This document shows, in pieces, positions 9,415-18,558 of a stretch of DNA of 64,000 nucleotides. The DNA lies in IMG/VR virus record IMGVR_UViG_2721755711_000002, one strand, 5' to 3'. Source of the stretch: a virus (taxonomy: Duplodnaviria; Heunggongvirae; Uroviricota; Caudoviricetes). Below the pieces are notes generated by a model, which saw only the letters and a program-made list of their open reading frames with translations, ran no database searches and had not been told where the DNA came from. How positions within the stretch are numbered: position 1 is the first letter of the stretch; every line of letters begins with the position of its first letter. The position numbers were made by a program, and so were the translations under genes.

Positions 9415-10996
9415 TCAGTCGCCCCCAGATATCCGCCACAAAGAATGCCTGCGTCAGCAACTGCCGCAGCGTGTCATCCGGCAGCTCCGGCCATGCTTCC
9501 GCCAGTACGTTCATGGCCTCGTCTGCATCCCGGCCTTCCTGTATGGCCTGCACCAGTGGGGCCACCAGTTCGTTCATCCCCTGCGCGATGGCCTCTGCCG
9601 GAAGCTCTGCCCGGTCGATGGTGCACTGTGCCGGGTCGTCCTCCCCGTTGTCCTGCTGACTGAGTACAGCAACATTCAGCCGCTCCCTGTGCTGGCTGAG
9701 GCCCGCCTGCGCAGGGAGACGCTGTGCCACTGGTACCAGTACCTCTTCGCCGTCTTTCGGGGTGGGGATACCGGTTTTTTTACGTACCCACGACACCGGG
9801 ATATCCTTCATCCCCACGTTATTGACCAGTATGCTGATGGCTTCCGCCACGCCCTTAATATCAGACTCCTGCTGTACATCGAATACCAGACGTGGCAGAC
9901 GACGAACCGGGATATCCTTCCAGCCATTCAGGCTGGCCATCATCTGGATCAGACTGCTGAACATGCCGGACAACTGGCGGGCATCGGCGGCCAGAATATC
10001 GTGACGGACCTCGTTGTGGATCACACCCAGCGCATTGGTGGAGGTTTTACCGTCTGCCTGTGTGGTTAACGTGCTGCCAAGAATGGCTTTTGAGGTGGTC
10101 CGCTCTGCCCAGTCCACCATCGCCATAAAGGCCTCCGGTCCGCCTGATGCGGCCTCCTTGAATTCAATCTCGTTACCCTGCGGCAGGGCTGCCACCGCTT
10201 CATGGCCCAGATTGACCAGGGCTTCGAGAATGTTGTCCCGGTCTTCGTCACTGGTGCCCTGTGCATAGTACGCAATACGCGCCGGAAGGCCGTAAATCTC
10301 CAGGAATTCCGCCATATCACGCAGCGCAAAGTTTTTGAACAGATACGGCCAGACCAGTACGCGGAACAGGCCGGATGAACCCAGGAGCCCCGACCGGGCG
10401 TTGTAACGGTGAACCAGCCAGCCGAACGGCCACAGTGCGGAACCGTCCTTACCATCTTCCCCGCGACCGCCGTCATCCAGCCGGAGTTCGTCATTGTGTT
10501 CCGGCAGGGTTATGAACCAGTTATGCGGGCGCAGCGTCACCGCATCCGGTAACCACGTTTTATCCACGAACGCCCAGCTGATTTCCTGACAGCTGAAGCC
10601 GTAACCGACACTGCTCATCCCGTTGAGGATGATGTCCTCCATGTCCGGGATACCGTGCAGCCATTCATCCACGGCGGCGGCCAGCTCCTTTTCTGCCTTC
10701 GAGGCATTGCGGGGCGGCTCCACCGACCAGTCCAGCGTCAGCAACGCTTTTTTGCGCTTTTCCATCTCGGCGAACAGATGGCCATCACGTTCTTCCATAT
10801 CCGCAAACAGCATCGCCTGCGCCGGAAGATAACCGCGTTCGGCAGCTTCCAGAATGCGCGGTAGTTTTCTGATGTTCAGACCACGCGACGGGTGGTCGGG
10901 ATAAATGCGCAGCCGTTCTGCCACTCTGACCGACTGCGTGGTTTTGAGTGCCTCACGTTTCAGCGGGCGTCCGTAAATATCAACAAGCTGTGCCAT
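9401..10996 (-). CDS. portal protein (Mu gpH / DUF935-like)
   Basis: 531 aa ORF directly downstream of the terminase large subunit. Confidence 0.75.
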   Translation of the reverse strand: MAQLVDIYGRPLKREALKTTQSVRVAERLRIYPDHPSRGLNIRKLPRILEAAERGYLPAQAMLFADMEERDGHLFAEMEKRKKALLTLDWSVEPPRNASKAEKELAAAVDEWLHGIPDMEDIILNGMSSVGYGFSCQEISWAFVDKTWLPDAVTLRPHNWFITLPEHNDELRLDDGGRGEDGKDGSALWPFGWLVHRYNARSGLLGSSGLFRVLVWPYLFKNFALRDMAEFLEIYGLPARIAYYAQGTSDEDRDNILEALVNLGHEAVAALPQGNEIEFKEAASGGPEAFMAMVDWAERTTSKAILGSTLTTQADGKTSTNALGVIHNEVRHDILAADARQLSGMFSSLIQMMASLNGWKDIPVRRLPRLVFDVQQESDIKGVAEAISILVNNVGMKDIPVSWVRKKTGIPTPKDGEEVLVPVAQRLPAQAGLSQHRERLNVAVLSQQDNGEDDPAQCTIDRAELPAEAIAQGMNELVAPLVQAIQEGRDADEAMNVLAEAWPELPDDTLRQLLTQAFFVADIWGRLNADS

Positions 10997-10999
10997 TAA

Positions 11000-12703
11000 T
11001 TACCATCCTCCTGAACCAAAACGCCCGCCACGGTCACGCCCGCTGCTGCGTGGGGTGTGTATCTGAAATTTTGCGCTACGCGAAACCGCCAGCGTCCACA
11101 GCATGTGCAGACAGTCCGGGCCATCATCGTGGTCAGCTTTGGGGTAGTGGCGCAGCTGGTCAATCAGCGTCTGATGTGTGTGGCTGATACGAATCAGGCC
11201 GTTGGCCATATGCGGCTGAAGGGATTCGATACGCAGTGCCTTATCCTCCAGCGGGATGACCGGCAGCGCCGGAACCGGTACGCCCAGCGCCGCCGAACGC
11301 TCAACCAGCACGGTACGCAGAAACTCCTGAAACTGAACGGACTCAAACGACCAGCACAGACAGTGGTATTCCCGCTGATACTTGATCACGTCTTCGATAA
11401 TTTTATTCGGCAGACGTCGGCGGATATCGGCTTCAACCACATCCAGAATGCCGGTAAAGCGGTTAAAGCCCCCCACGAGAATGGCTGACGGGTCGCGGTT
11501 TTTATTCTTCTTCCCGAGACTGGGGTCAGCAGCACCATAAAACACCCATTCATCAAGACGGTTAACCCAGAACTTAATGCAGCCCGCAAACAGCGCGTCT
11601 TCACCGCTGACCGGGTCGTTCTGGTATTCAGAATCAAAGGTGTCGTGACCGTCACGGACACGAATTTTCATCAGTGCCAGCAGTGGACGCGCCGCCCATG
11701 ACACCACCGACCCGGCGAGCATGTCGGCTTCGTTCTGCTGATAAAGCGCCTCCGCCGCTTCCGGCTGTTTGTTGCGGATGAGTTCTTCCCACTCGTCCCA
11801 CAGCTTCATGTTGGCAGGCCACTGAATGACGGCCTTAAAACGGGCCGTTTTCCACATCGGGTTATTGAGTGTGCGCGACAGTACGGAGTCGTAATGCAGG
11901 ATGGTCCCGATATAAATAATATCGGTTTTACCGCCAGCCTCGCCCAGCGGCATCACGGTTTTGGTAAGCCAGTTATGCAGCTTGTCGCGCTGCTCCGGGT
12001 TACGCACCATCTCGTCGTTCTCGATGTCGTCGAGGATGACCAGGTCAGGACGGTACGGACCGTGGCGCAGACCACGCAGTTTTTTACCACTACCGGCAAC
12101 GGTCACCTTGATATTGTTGGCTGTGACGATGGTCCCCATACGCCAGACGCGACCCTGCCCACACACCTCCGGGAAATCGTTTTTTAAACGGGGGTTAAAT
12201 TCCAGTTCAGCCTTGATGGCTTCCAGCATCGGATAAGCCTGGTCGATACTGTCCATAATGATGACCGGATAATGCTTAATACCCCGGATAATGGTCCACA
12301 GGGTAAACAGCTGAGTCACCAGCGTGGATTTTGCTTCACCACGGGGCGCGGCGATGGCGTCGTTCTCCGGGTCCGGGCTTGCCACAACCTGTGGCAGACG
12401 GGTGAACAGGTATTTATGCAGCTCACTTTTTGCCGGGTTGCGGACGTAGTGCGGGAAATAGTTTTCGACAAAATAATCGTAGCCCGTCACCGGGTCGCAG
12501 ACTGCCGCCCGGCGGGCCTGTGTGGCCTGCGGGTTAACATCGAACCCCAGACATTCAGCCTCAATGGTCTGGCGGAGGTTGGCGATGTACTCCTGCAGGC
12601 TTCTCTGAAACTCTTTAATGGAAAGTTTACGTTTACGTTTTGCCACGTCACACCTGCGCTGTTTCTGCCTGCGCTTTTTCGATACGTGCGCAGGCGATAT
12701 CAA
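11000..12703 (-). CDS. terminase large subunit (Mu gp28-like)
   Basis: 567 aa ORF preceding portal; N-terminal basic segment; start may be internal because the ORF overlaps the methyltransferase gene end. Confidence 0.75.
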   Translation of the reverse strand: MISPAHVSKKRRQKQRRCDVAKRKRKLSIKEFQRSLQEYIANLRQTIEAECLGFDVNPQATQARRAAVCDPVTGYDYFVENYFPHYVRNPAKSELHKYLFTRLPQVVASPDPENDAIAAPRGEAKSTLVTQLFTLWTIIRGIKHYPVIIMDSIDQAYPMLEAIKAELEFNPRLKNDFPEVCGQGRVWRMGTIVTANNIKVTVAGSGKKLRGLRHGPYRPDLVILDDIENDEMVRNPEQRDKLHNWLTKTVMPLGEAGGKTDIIYIGTILHYDSVLSRTLNNPMWKTARFKAVIQWPANMKLWDEWEELIRNKQPEAAEALYQQNEADMLAGSVVSWAARPLLALMKIRVRDGHDTFDSEYQNDPVSGEDALFAGCIKFWVNRLDEWVFYGAADPSLGKKNKNRDPSAILVGGFNRFTGILDVVEADIRRRLPNKIIEDVIKYQREYHCLCWSFESVQFQEFLRTVLVERSAALGVPVPALPVIPLEDKALRIESLQPHMANGLIRISHTHQTLIDQLRHYPKADHDDGPDCLHMLWTLAVSRSAKFQIHTPRSSGRDRGGRFGSGGW

Positions 12704-13388
12704 AATACTGGTTAGTCATTTCAATGCCGGTAAACCGTCCGCCACGGGCAAGTACAGGGATGGCGGTGGTGCCGCTTCCCATAAACGGATCGAGAACGTG
12801 CGCATCCGGTGCCAGCGGTTTAACCAGCTCGGCCATCAGCTGAACCGGCTTTGCGGTCATGTGCAGTTTTTCGGACGGGACAACACGCTGCGTAATCACA
12901 CCCGGGAACGGGCCACCGTGCGGGCATTTGTCGAGTTTTCCGTTGCTGCCCCAGACCACATACTCGGCCTGATGCCGGAAATAGCCGGTGTGTGGCGCAC
13001 GGGAAGCCTGCGTTTTATCCCAGACAACCAGACCGCGCCACAGCACACCACCGGCCTGAAATGCATCGGTAAGCGCCGGTAGTTGTCGCCAGTCACTGAA
13101 CACCATGAAATAACCGCCGGGATTCAGCCTGTGCAATGCATGAGATATCCACATGGAACACCAGAACGCCCAGCTGCGCTGGTCGCGGTTATCGCCGGTG
13201 AACTCGGCATACTGGGTGTGACCGACATACTTGTCCGAAGGGGCCATGCTGCGGTCTGATTTGTGTGTGCCACCACTGCTGTAAGGCGGGTCGGTAATGA
13301 CGGCATCAAAACGTTCAGATAACGCTGGCAGCACATCAAGAACATCACCGCAATACAACGTTGCGTTACCAATAATCTGTTTTTGCAT
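12648..13388 (-). CDS. DNA methyltransferase (N6-adenine or N4-cytosine type)
   Basis: 246 aa protein with DPPY catalytic motif (AVITDPPYSSGG) early and an FMGSGTT S-adenosylmethionine-binding motif near the C-terminus. Confidence 0.8.
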   Translation of the reverse strand: MQKQIIGNATLYCGDVLDVLPALSERFDAVITDPPYSSGGTHKSDRSMAPSDKYVGHTQYAEFTGDNRDQRSWAFWCSMWISHALHRLNPGGYFMVFSDWRQLPALTDAFQAGGVLWRGLVVWDKTQASRAPHTGYFRHQAEYVVWGSNGKLDKCPHGGPFPGVITQRVVPSEKLHMTAKPVQLMAELVKPLAPDAHVLDPFMGSGTTAIPVLARGGRFTGIEMTNQYFDIACARIEKAQAETAQV

Positions 13389-13434
13389 TACAAATCCCGA
13401 ATATCAGACGGCCCGGAAAACCGGGCCGCTGTGG

Positions 13435-13935
13435 TTAACTGAAATTATCCTCAAGCTCTTTAGCGAAGCCTTCGAGCACCTCAAGAAACGGGGCATACTG
13501 TGCCGGGTGACGCTCCTTGATGAACGCGCCGAGCCGCTGCACCACTTCCAGTGCCGTGGCGAGCCGGTCGGTTTCCGGCAGGATTTTTTTGCTGCTGGCC
13601 ACCGCCTTACTGAGACTGTCGGACAGACTCGCCAGCAGTTCGACGGACTCCTGCGGCGGGATGTCCGGGTTCTGGTTCAGCCGTTCAAGCGTCGTCTGAC
13701 ACTTCACCACCAGACTGATAAGCACGGTGCGGGCGACACTTTCCAGCCCGTCACCGGCGAGCGCGTGCGCGGCCCGCAGCTTGTCCCAGTCGTCGCCGTT
13801 CTTCATCGCCTGCGTTTTCCAGCGCCGCGCGGTGTCGTGCGGCACGGCGTACTTCATGGCGACGATATCCAGCGGAAGCTGGTCAAAGATGTACCCGTTA
13901 CGGACTTTGTCCCTGATATCCTGTGACCACGCCAT
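13435..13935 (-). CDS. Mu gp27-like DNA-binding protein (putative terminase small subunit)
   Basis: 166 aa ORF upstream of the terminase large subunit region. Confidence 0.5.
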   Translation of the reverse strand: MAWSQDIRDKVRNGYIFDQLPLDIVAMKYAVPHDTARRWKTQAMKNGDDWDKLRAAHALAGDGLESVARTVLISLVVKCQTTLERLNQNPDIPPQESVELLASLSDSLSKAVASSKKILPETDRLATALEVVQRLGAFIKERHPAQYAPFLEVLEGFAKELEDNFS

Positions 13936-14141
13936 TAAGTGACCTTCTGAGCCTGTTCAATCAGGCATTTAACTTCGTCGGGATTTTCAAGAACATACAC
14001 GTTTTTCCCGGTATCCAGCTCAATGATCGTGCCACCATATGCACCACACTGACGGTAAAAATGGGTGATGCGTTCAGCGACTACCATGACAGCGCTGGTG
14101 CTCCCTGAGCCTGCGCATTCTGTAAATCTGATAATGCTCAC
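13935..14141 (-). CDS. hypothetical small phage protein
   Basis: 68 aa ORF between lysis genes and gp27-like gene. Confidence 0.35.
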   Translation of the reverse strand: MSIIRFTECAGSGSTSAVMVVAERITHFYRQCGAYGGTIIELDTGKNVYVLENPDEVKCLIEQAQKVT

Positions 14142-14161
14142 TGTGTCAGACCTTCAAAAAA

Positions 14162-14344
14162 TCAGTTCTGCGAACACTGCCGGATGCCGTCAATAATCCG
14201 GCAGACCTTTGCCGCCGCGTCAAACAGCTGGCCCGCTCTGTTAATGTCTGTGCATCCCACCGGAAGCAACATCACCAGAAACAGGGCCAGAACACAGCGC
14301 GCGGCTTTACGTGGCGTTCTGTGGGTCCAGTGCTGACGCGTCAT
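14162..14344 (-). CDS. small lipoprotein (lysis-associated; possible outer-membrane spanin-like)
   Basis: 60 aa protein with signal peptide and lipobox (LLPVGC), three Cys in the roughly 30 aa mature part; start overlaps endolysin stop. Paralog at 27166..27348. Confidence 0.5.
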   Translation of the reverse strand: MTRQHWTHRTPRKAARCVLALFLVMLLPVGCTDINRAGQLFDAAAKVCRIIDGIRQCSQN

Positions 14345-14886
14345 ACCGCTACGCGCTCCTTCAGCCAGCCATAAACAAACGATTCGTTAGCCTCGCGTTT
14401 CTCTGCCAGTTCCAGATAGCGGTCACCCTGCGTGCAGTTCAGGGCTGTCAGCATCACCCGTTCGCCGTCCTGACCGCGATTATTCAGGAAGGCGCGCAAT
14501 GCGCTGATGGTACGAGGTCCGATGCGTCCGTCTGCGTCCATATCCGGGTACAGCCTGCCGCGCAGGTTGAAAACGTTCAGCCAGCGTTGGAGCATTTTTG
14601 ACGCCACGGATGGCCCCATATTCACACCGGTATCACACAGCTCTGCGGCAATATCAGGGGATAATGCCGCAACCTGATCAAATCGCGGGCCATACCAGTA
14701 ATCGGCTTCAAGGATGTCCAGCGCCTGTTCGCGGGTTAACTCACGCATATCGCCACGGTATCCGTGGGCACGGGCGACTTTTTCCGTAATGCCCCATTTG
14801 GTCGGGCCGCCCTTATCATCCGGGTGATTGACGTAACCGCCTTCTTTGCCCAGGACTTCATCAAAAATTTCATCTTTTGATTTCAT
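14341..14886 (-). CDS. endolysin, glycoside hydrolase family 108-like with peptidoglycan-binding domain
   Basis: 181 aa protein; N-terminal ...EGGYVNHPDDKGGPTKWGIT... is the hallmark of GH108 phage muramidases. Confidence 0.8.
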   Translation of the reverse strand: MKSKDEIFDEVLGKEGGYVNHPDDKGGPTKWGITEKVARAHGYRGDMRELTREQALDILEADYWYGPRFDQVAALSPDIAAELCDTGVNMGPSVASKMLQRWLNVFNLRGRLYPDMDADGRIGPRTISALRAFLNNRGQDGERVMLTALNCTQGDRYLELAEKREANESFVYGWLKERVAV

Positions 14887-15172
14887 GTGGATGCCTCAGT
14901 AACGAAAGGATTTTTGACAAATTCCCGTGCGCCCACACGATAAGCGCACAGAAAACCAGATTCAGCGCCACAACCAGCCAGCTGGAGTGCGTGTATGTAC
15001 CGGACAGCCAGCGGAACGGGATGATGATGTAGCCGAGCATCAGCCAGTACGCCAGCCAGGTAATCATCGGTTTATGCGCCGCACCGTGGCGGCGATACAC
15101 AAACAACCCCAGCACAATGGCGAGGCACAGCCAGACGTTCACGATACCGGCAAGGCTACTTTCCATTTCCAC
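14870..15172 (-). CDS. membrane protein (holin-like)
   Basis: 100 aa protein with multiple hydrophobic helices directly upstream of the endolysin. Confidence 0.45.
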   Translation of the reverse strand: MEMESSLAGIVNVWLCLAIVLGLFVYRRHGAAHKPMITWLAYWLMLGYIIIPFRWLSGTYTHSSWLVVALNLVFCALIVWAHGNLSKILSLLRHPHEIKR

Positions 15173-15548
15173 CCCCTCCGCCGCGCAGTCTGGAAAACAG
15201 GCCGAACAGCGATGAAATTTCCTGTTGATAAAGAAAAGTCAGTATCTTGATGGATAAAGCAGAGACACCGACCGCACACAATGCATCGAGCGGTTTGTCG
15301 TTATAGTGGGTCAGCCACTGCATCAGTGACGCAGCCACGCCAGCCCCCAGAACGCCAACCACAAACGCGACGAGCAGGTGAATAGCCATTCGCCATACCG
15401 GGATTTCTTTCTGCTGAGTGACAACAAAAAGCGCCCCGGCAAACGCGCCCACCACGACCCCGAAATCGGTATTGGTGAGAAGGCCAAACACACTGGCACC
15501 ACCGATGGTGACTGCCACAGCTCCGCCGCCTGATAAGGGTTCAGACAT
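15156..15548 (-). CDS. membrane protein (holin/antiholin-like)
   Basis: About 130 aa from ATG 15548 (SD AGGAGAAA); Gly/Ala-rich transmembrane segments. Confidence 0.45.
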   Translation of the reverse strand: MSEPLSGGGAVAVTIGGASVFGLLTNTDFGVVVGAFAGALFVVTQQKEIPVWRMAIHLLVAFVVGVLGAGVAASLMQWLTHYNDKPLDALCAVGVSALSIKILTFLYQQEISSLFGLFSRLRGGGGGNGK

Positions 15549-15730
15549 GAGTTTCTCCTGTAAATCTGAGCCACTGACGGCCCGTAAATAACACCCTGTC
15601 AAAGGCACAAAAGCCTTTTGCAGGGCGCTATCCCTTAAGGTGCCTTGTGGTCTGAGTGGACAGGGTAAACGGTCTGGTGTGGTGGGTACTGCTGGGGGAG
15701 TTCAGCACCCCGCGGCGGCGGGGTGATAAA

Positions 15731-16036
15731 TCAGAAGCGGGAAAGAGAATCCGGCGTAATAAGAGGTTTATTACAAAGCGGAGCAGAGGCGTTCGCCTTT
15801 TCCATCGCTGCGCGCATCTCGTTTTCGCTGGCGATGATGTCAGCAATGGCACACTGCAACGCTTCTTCCTGAACAACCATATCCGGTTGTTCGGCCATTC
15901 GGTTTAACTGACTGGCCAAATTTTTCATATAAGCAAAGCGACGTCCGGCAGCATCCCGGGCCTGCTCTGAGTAGGCCGTATACTCGCCAAGTGCCATATA
16001 GTTGGTCATAAGTGTCTCCTTTTTTCTGAGGCCCAT
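15731..16036 (-). CDS. hypothetical phage protein
   Basis: 101 aa ORF between Mor/C-like gene and membrane protein genes. Confidence 0.3.
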   Translation of the reverse strand: MGLRKKETLMTNYMALGEYTAYSEQARDAAGRRFAYMKNLASQLNRMAEQPDMVVQEEALQCAIADIIASENEMRAAMEKANASAPLCNKPLITPDSLSRF

Positions 16037-16503
16037 TAATCAAAAAGCCCCACCTGAGTGGGGCTTTTCAGCGAAGTCTGTTTTTGTCGTCGGTGTATCA
16101 GCTGCCATGCGTACCGGTCTGAAATGCCGTAACGGGGACAGAGCAGTGCCAGCGCCTGCCGGTGTGAGCATCCGTCTTTTACATGCTGCTGTAAATCAGC
16201 CATAAAACGGGTGTTACGCAGGGCACGTAATGCATGATCGCAACGGGGAATGTAAAACGGAGCACCGCCAAGAAAGCGGATCAGTTTGTTGATTTCGTCT
16301 TCGGTCAGCACATCATGTAACAGGGCATGGACACCGCCGGTTCGTTCGGCGTGTGCGCCGGTTTTACCGCTTAACGTCACGCCACCAAAAGAACGGATTA
16401 ACCGGGTCAGGGCGGGGAAGCCAATCACGCTAATCAGTTGCTGCACGGAATCAGGCAACAGTGCCTGCGCATCGCGAAGATCTGTTTCACTGAAGGTCTG
16501 CAT
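16036..16503 (-). CDS. Mor/C-family transcriptional activator of phage middle/late genes
   Basis: 155 aa; C-terminal ...FYIPR... RYGISDRYAWQLI... resembles the Mor/C helix-turn-helix region; located before the lysis cassette as in Mu. Confidence 0.7.
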   Translation of the reverse strand: MQTFSETDLRDAQALLPDSVQQLISVIGFPALTRLIRSFGGVTLSGKTGAHAERTGGVHALLHDVLTEDEINKLIRFLGGAPFYIPRCDHALRALRNTRFMADLQQHVKDGCSHRQALALLCPRYGISDRYAWQLIHRRQKQTSLKSPTQVGLFD

Positions 16504-16598
16504 GATGGCGTCTCCGGTAGTAACTTACTGTTATTATAGCCATACATGATCGCCTGTACAGACCACAAAAAAGCCCCTGCAAGGCAGAGGCTGATTCT

Positions 16599-17012
16599 TT
16601 ATTGTTTACGTGCTGCTCTGGCTCGTTTTCTGGCGTCTTTTGTCAGCGCCACCATCACCCCGAACAGTTGATCATCTGTCAGCCATTCGATCACATGTTG
16701 CTTATACATGTGAGATGCCAGTCCTTCCGCATACGCCCAGGAACGACCGGCATCAGCCAGCAACGCTTCAATTTTGGATAATACTGATTTTCTGCTCATT
16801 GCAACACGGGGGCGGCGACCTTTACCGGCGGGTGCCTTGCGCGGAAATCCCTGTTCGTGCATGTATTCCCGGATGATGCGCAGTTCATCAAGATTGCAAC
16901 GTGTGGTGCTGGTTTTACCTGTCAGGCGGGCCAGTGTCTGGCGATAAAGGGCATCATCCCACCCCAGATACGCCTGACCGGCTTTAATGGCCCCGATCAT
17001 CTTTTTCAGCAT
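16599..17012 (-). CDS. GemA-like protein (Mu gp16-like)
   Basis: ORF with start proposed at MLKKMIGAIKAGQ; located just upstream of Mor/C-like gene as gemA is in Mu. Confidence 0.5.
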   Translation of the reverse strand: MLKKMIGAIKAGQAYLGWDDALYRQTLARLTGKTSTTRCNLDELRIIREYMHEQGFPRKAPAGKGRRPRVAMSRKSVLSKIEALLADAGRSWAYAEGLASHMYKQHVIEWLTDDQLFGVMVALTKDARKRARAARKQ

Positions 17013-17262
17013 GTTTGTTATCCTCAAAACGCACGGTAAAACGTGAAACGCCAATCCCCGACAGGAACGCGGCGGCACGGTCAAGAGACAGCCACGTCTT
17101 GTAATCGCCACGGCGTTCCTGTAGAAAATAGGACACCCCGGCGCGGCGATTCACAGCGAAGAGGTGATACACACCACCGAACCGCTGCACGACGAACTCA
17201 TCCACGCCACCGCTTTCAGCCTGTTGCCTGAAAGCTGCCATTCCGATTTGTTCAATCTTCAT
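16984..17262 (-). CDS. hypothetical Mu-like early protein
   Basis: ORF starting at MKIEQIGMAAF, overlapping the gemA-like start. Confidence 0.3.
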   Translation of the reverse strand: MKIEQIGMAAFRQQAESGGVDEFVVQRFGGVYHLFAVNRRAGVSYFLQERRGDYKTWLSLDRAAAFLSGIGVSRFTVRFEDNKHAEKDDRGH

Positions 17263-17284
17263 AATGACCAAAACATCACTTTTG

Positions 17285-17312
17285 GCAGACCAAAACATAT
17301 GTTTTGGTCTGC
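17285..17312. promoter_or_regulatory. 28 bp perfect palindrome (candidate operator or bidirectional terminator)
   Basis: GCAGACCAAAACATATGTTTTGGTCTGC is perfectly self-complementary; the half-site GACCAAAACAT recurs directly at 17267..17278. Confidence 0.35.
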
Positions 17313-17516
17313 TGTTGGTTATTATTTAATTACTTTGCGTTAGTGTGATTCTTCCAGCGATTTTGGGCTGCGCTGGGCTTGTTAAGGGAACACATCACAA
17401 TATCAGCTGTGTTTGTGAACAAACCCATTCTGCGGTTACTGAGTTTTAGCCATTGCTGGACGCCGCGAGCGTTTCTACAGGTCAAAAGAATTTTTGCTTT
17501 ACGGTTTTTCATCTGA

Positions 17517-17825
17517 TTATTCTCCTGAAATCAGTCCTGAACGGATTACTGTTTTTGCAATATGCGCCCGTAATTGCTGCGTTCCGTGGTATTTGATTGC
17601 CACATCGCGTAATTTATTAACCAGCTCCCTGAGCTGATGCTCTTTTGCTCCCGGTGTCACCGGAATGATTCCTGCTCTCCGGTATTCCTGAAGCTCCAGC
17701 AGGGACTGCCGTAAGAGCGTCCACCACTCTCTGTCTACAATCGGCCCGCGCATATCAAGCATTTTGTCAGCATCGGCAATCAGTCTGGTCAGGCCCTTAT
17801 CGCTTATTCTGGTTTGCTGGTTCAC
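17517..17825 (-). CDS. hypothetical Mu-like early protein
   Basis: 102 aa ORF in a tight overlapping array of small genes. Confidence 0.3.
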   Translation of the reverse strand: MNQQTRISDKGLTRLIADADKMLDMRGPIVDREWWTLLRQSLLELQEYRRAGIIPVTPGAKEHQLRELVNKLRDVAIKYHGTQQLRAHIAKTVIRSGLISGE

Positions 17826-18112
17826 TGCGCCGCCTCCTGTTCATTTTTTTCACTCCGGTATACCAAAATCACGACATCACCTACGGGGATAACGCGGGTT
17901 GGTTCTCCCGGCTCTATGCTGTCGATATCGAAGGCCTCAAAGAACTCATTCATCGCCTTCTGCTGCTGCGTCTGTTTACGGTGCTTATTCCATGTTTTCA
18001 GGAATACAAGGGACAGCCACATCCCGGCGCGGAGCATGATGTAACACCAACCGAGAAGAGCGATGCCTGCATTCATGGCTACATCTATCGTTATCGTTTT
18101 ATCAATGACCAT
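17822..18112 (-). CDS. hypothetical small membrane protein
   Basis: 96 aa ORF with one long hydrophobic segment; start overlaps the neighbouring gene. Confidence 0.3.
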   Translation of the reverse strand: MVIDKTITIDVAMNAGIALLGWCYIMLRAGMWLSLVFLKTWNKHRKQTQQQKAMNEFFEAFDIDSIEPGEPTRVIPVGDVVILVYRSEKNEQEAAQ

Positions 18113-18332
18113 TGCCAGCCTCCTGTTTTGCCACTTTAAACGCCCGTAACATCGGAACCGTTTTACCGGTGATGACGGTTTTCATTAAAAGGCCACCGCC
18201 ACTCTGATGGCGCACTTCAGGTGCCACAAACAACGCCGCATCCACAACCCGGTTATAGCGGCGAAACTCCCAGAGCCAGCAGGTAACAATGATTTTTGCT
18301 TTAGTCCCATAGTTATAAAATTCAATATTCAT
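18102..18332 (-). CDS. hypothetical small protein
   Basis: 76 aa ORF in the overlapping array. Confidence 0.3.
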   Translation of the reverse strand: MNIEFYNYGTKAKIIVTCWLWEFRRYNRVVDAALFVAPEVRHQSGGGLLMKTVITGKTVPMLRAFKVAKQEAGNGH

Positions 18333-18556
18333 TTGCAGTTAAACCTTCTTTTGTGACGTTCTACAGCGGCTTTCATGGCGTTGTGCACGGTTCTTTTAAT
18401 AATCCGGCGTCCCGCACTGTCATAGAACCGCCACCGGGAAGCCCCCGGATATCCGGGGAACTCAACCACCGCGCTACCGTCATTCATCCTGTATTCGTGG
18501 CGTTCTCCGGGCGGCTGGTATATTGCTTCGGTAACACTGAGAAGTTTAAAAGCCAT
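18329..18556 (-). CDS. hypothetical small protein
   Basis: 75 aa ORF in the overlapping array. Confidence 0.3.
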   Translation of the reverse strand: MAFKLLSVTEAIYQPPGERHEYRMNDGSAVVEFPGYPGASRWRFYDSAGRRIIKRTVHNAMKAAVERHKRRFNCK

Positions 18557-18558
18557 CG

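Noticed and set aside
17330-17512. 60 aa basic ORF next to the 28 bp palindrome
   Set aside because: No clear ribosome-binding site and low-complexity basic composition in an AT-rich spacer; not enough evidence to call a gene.
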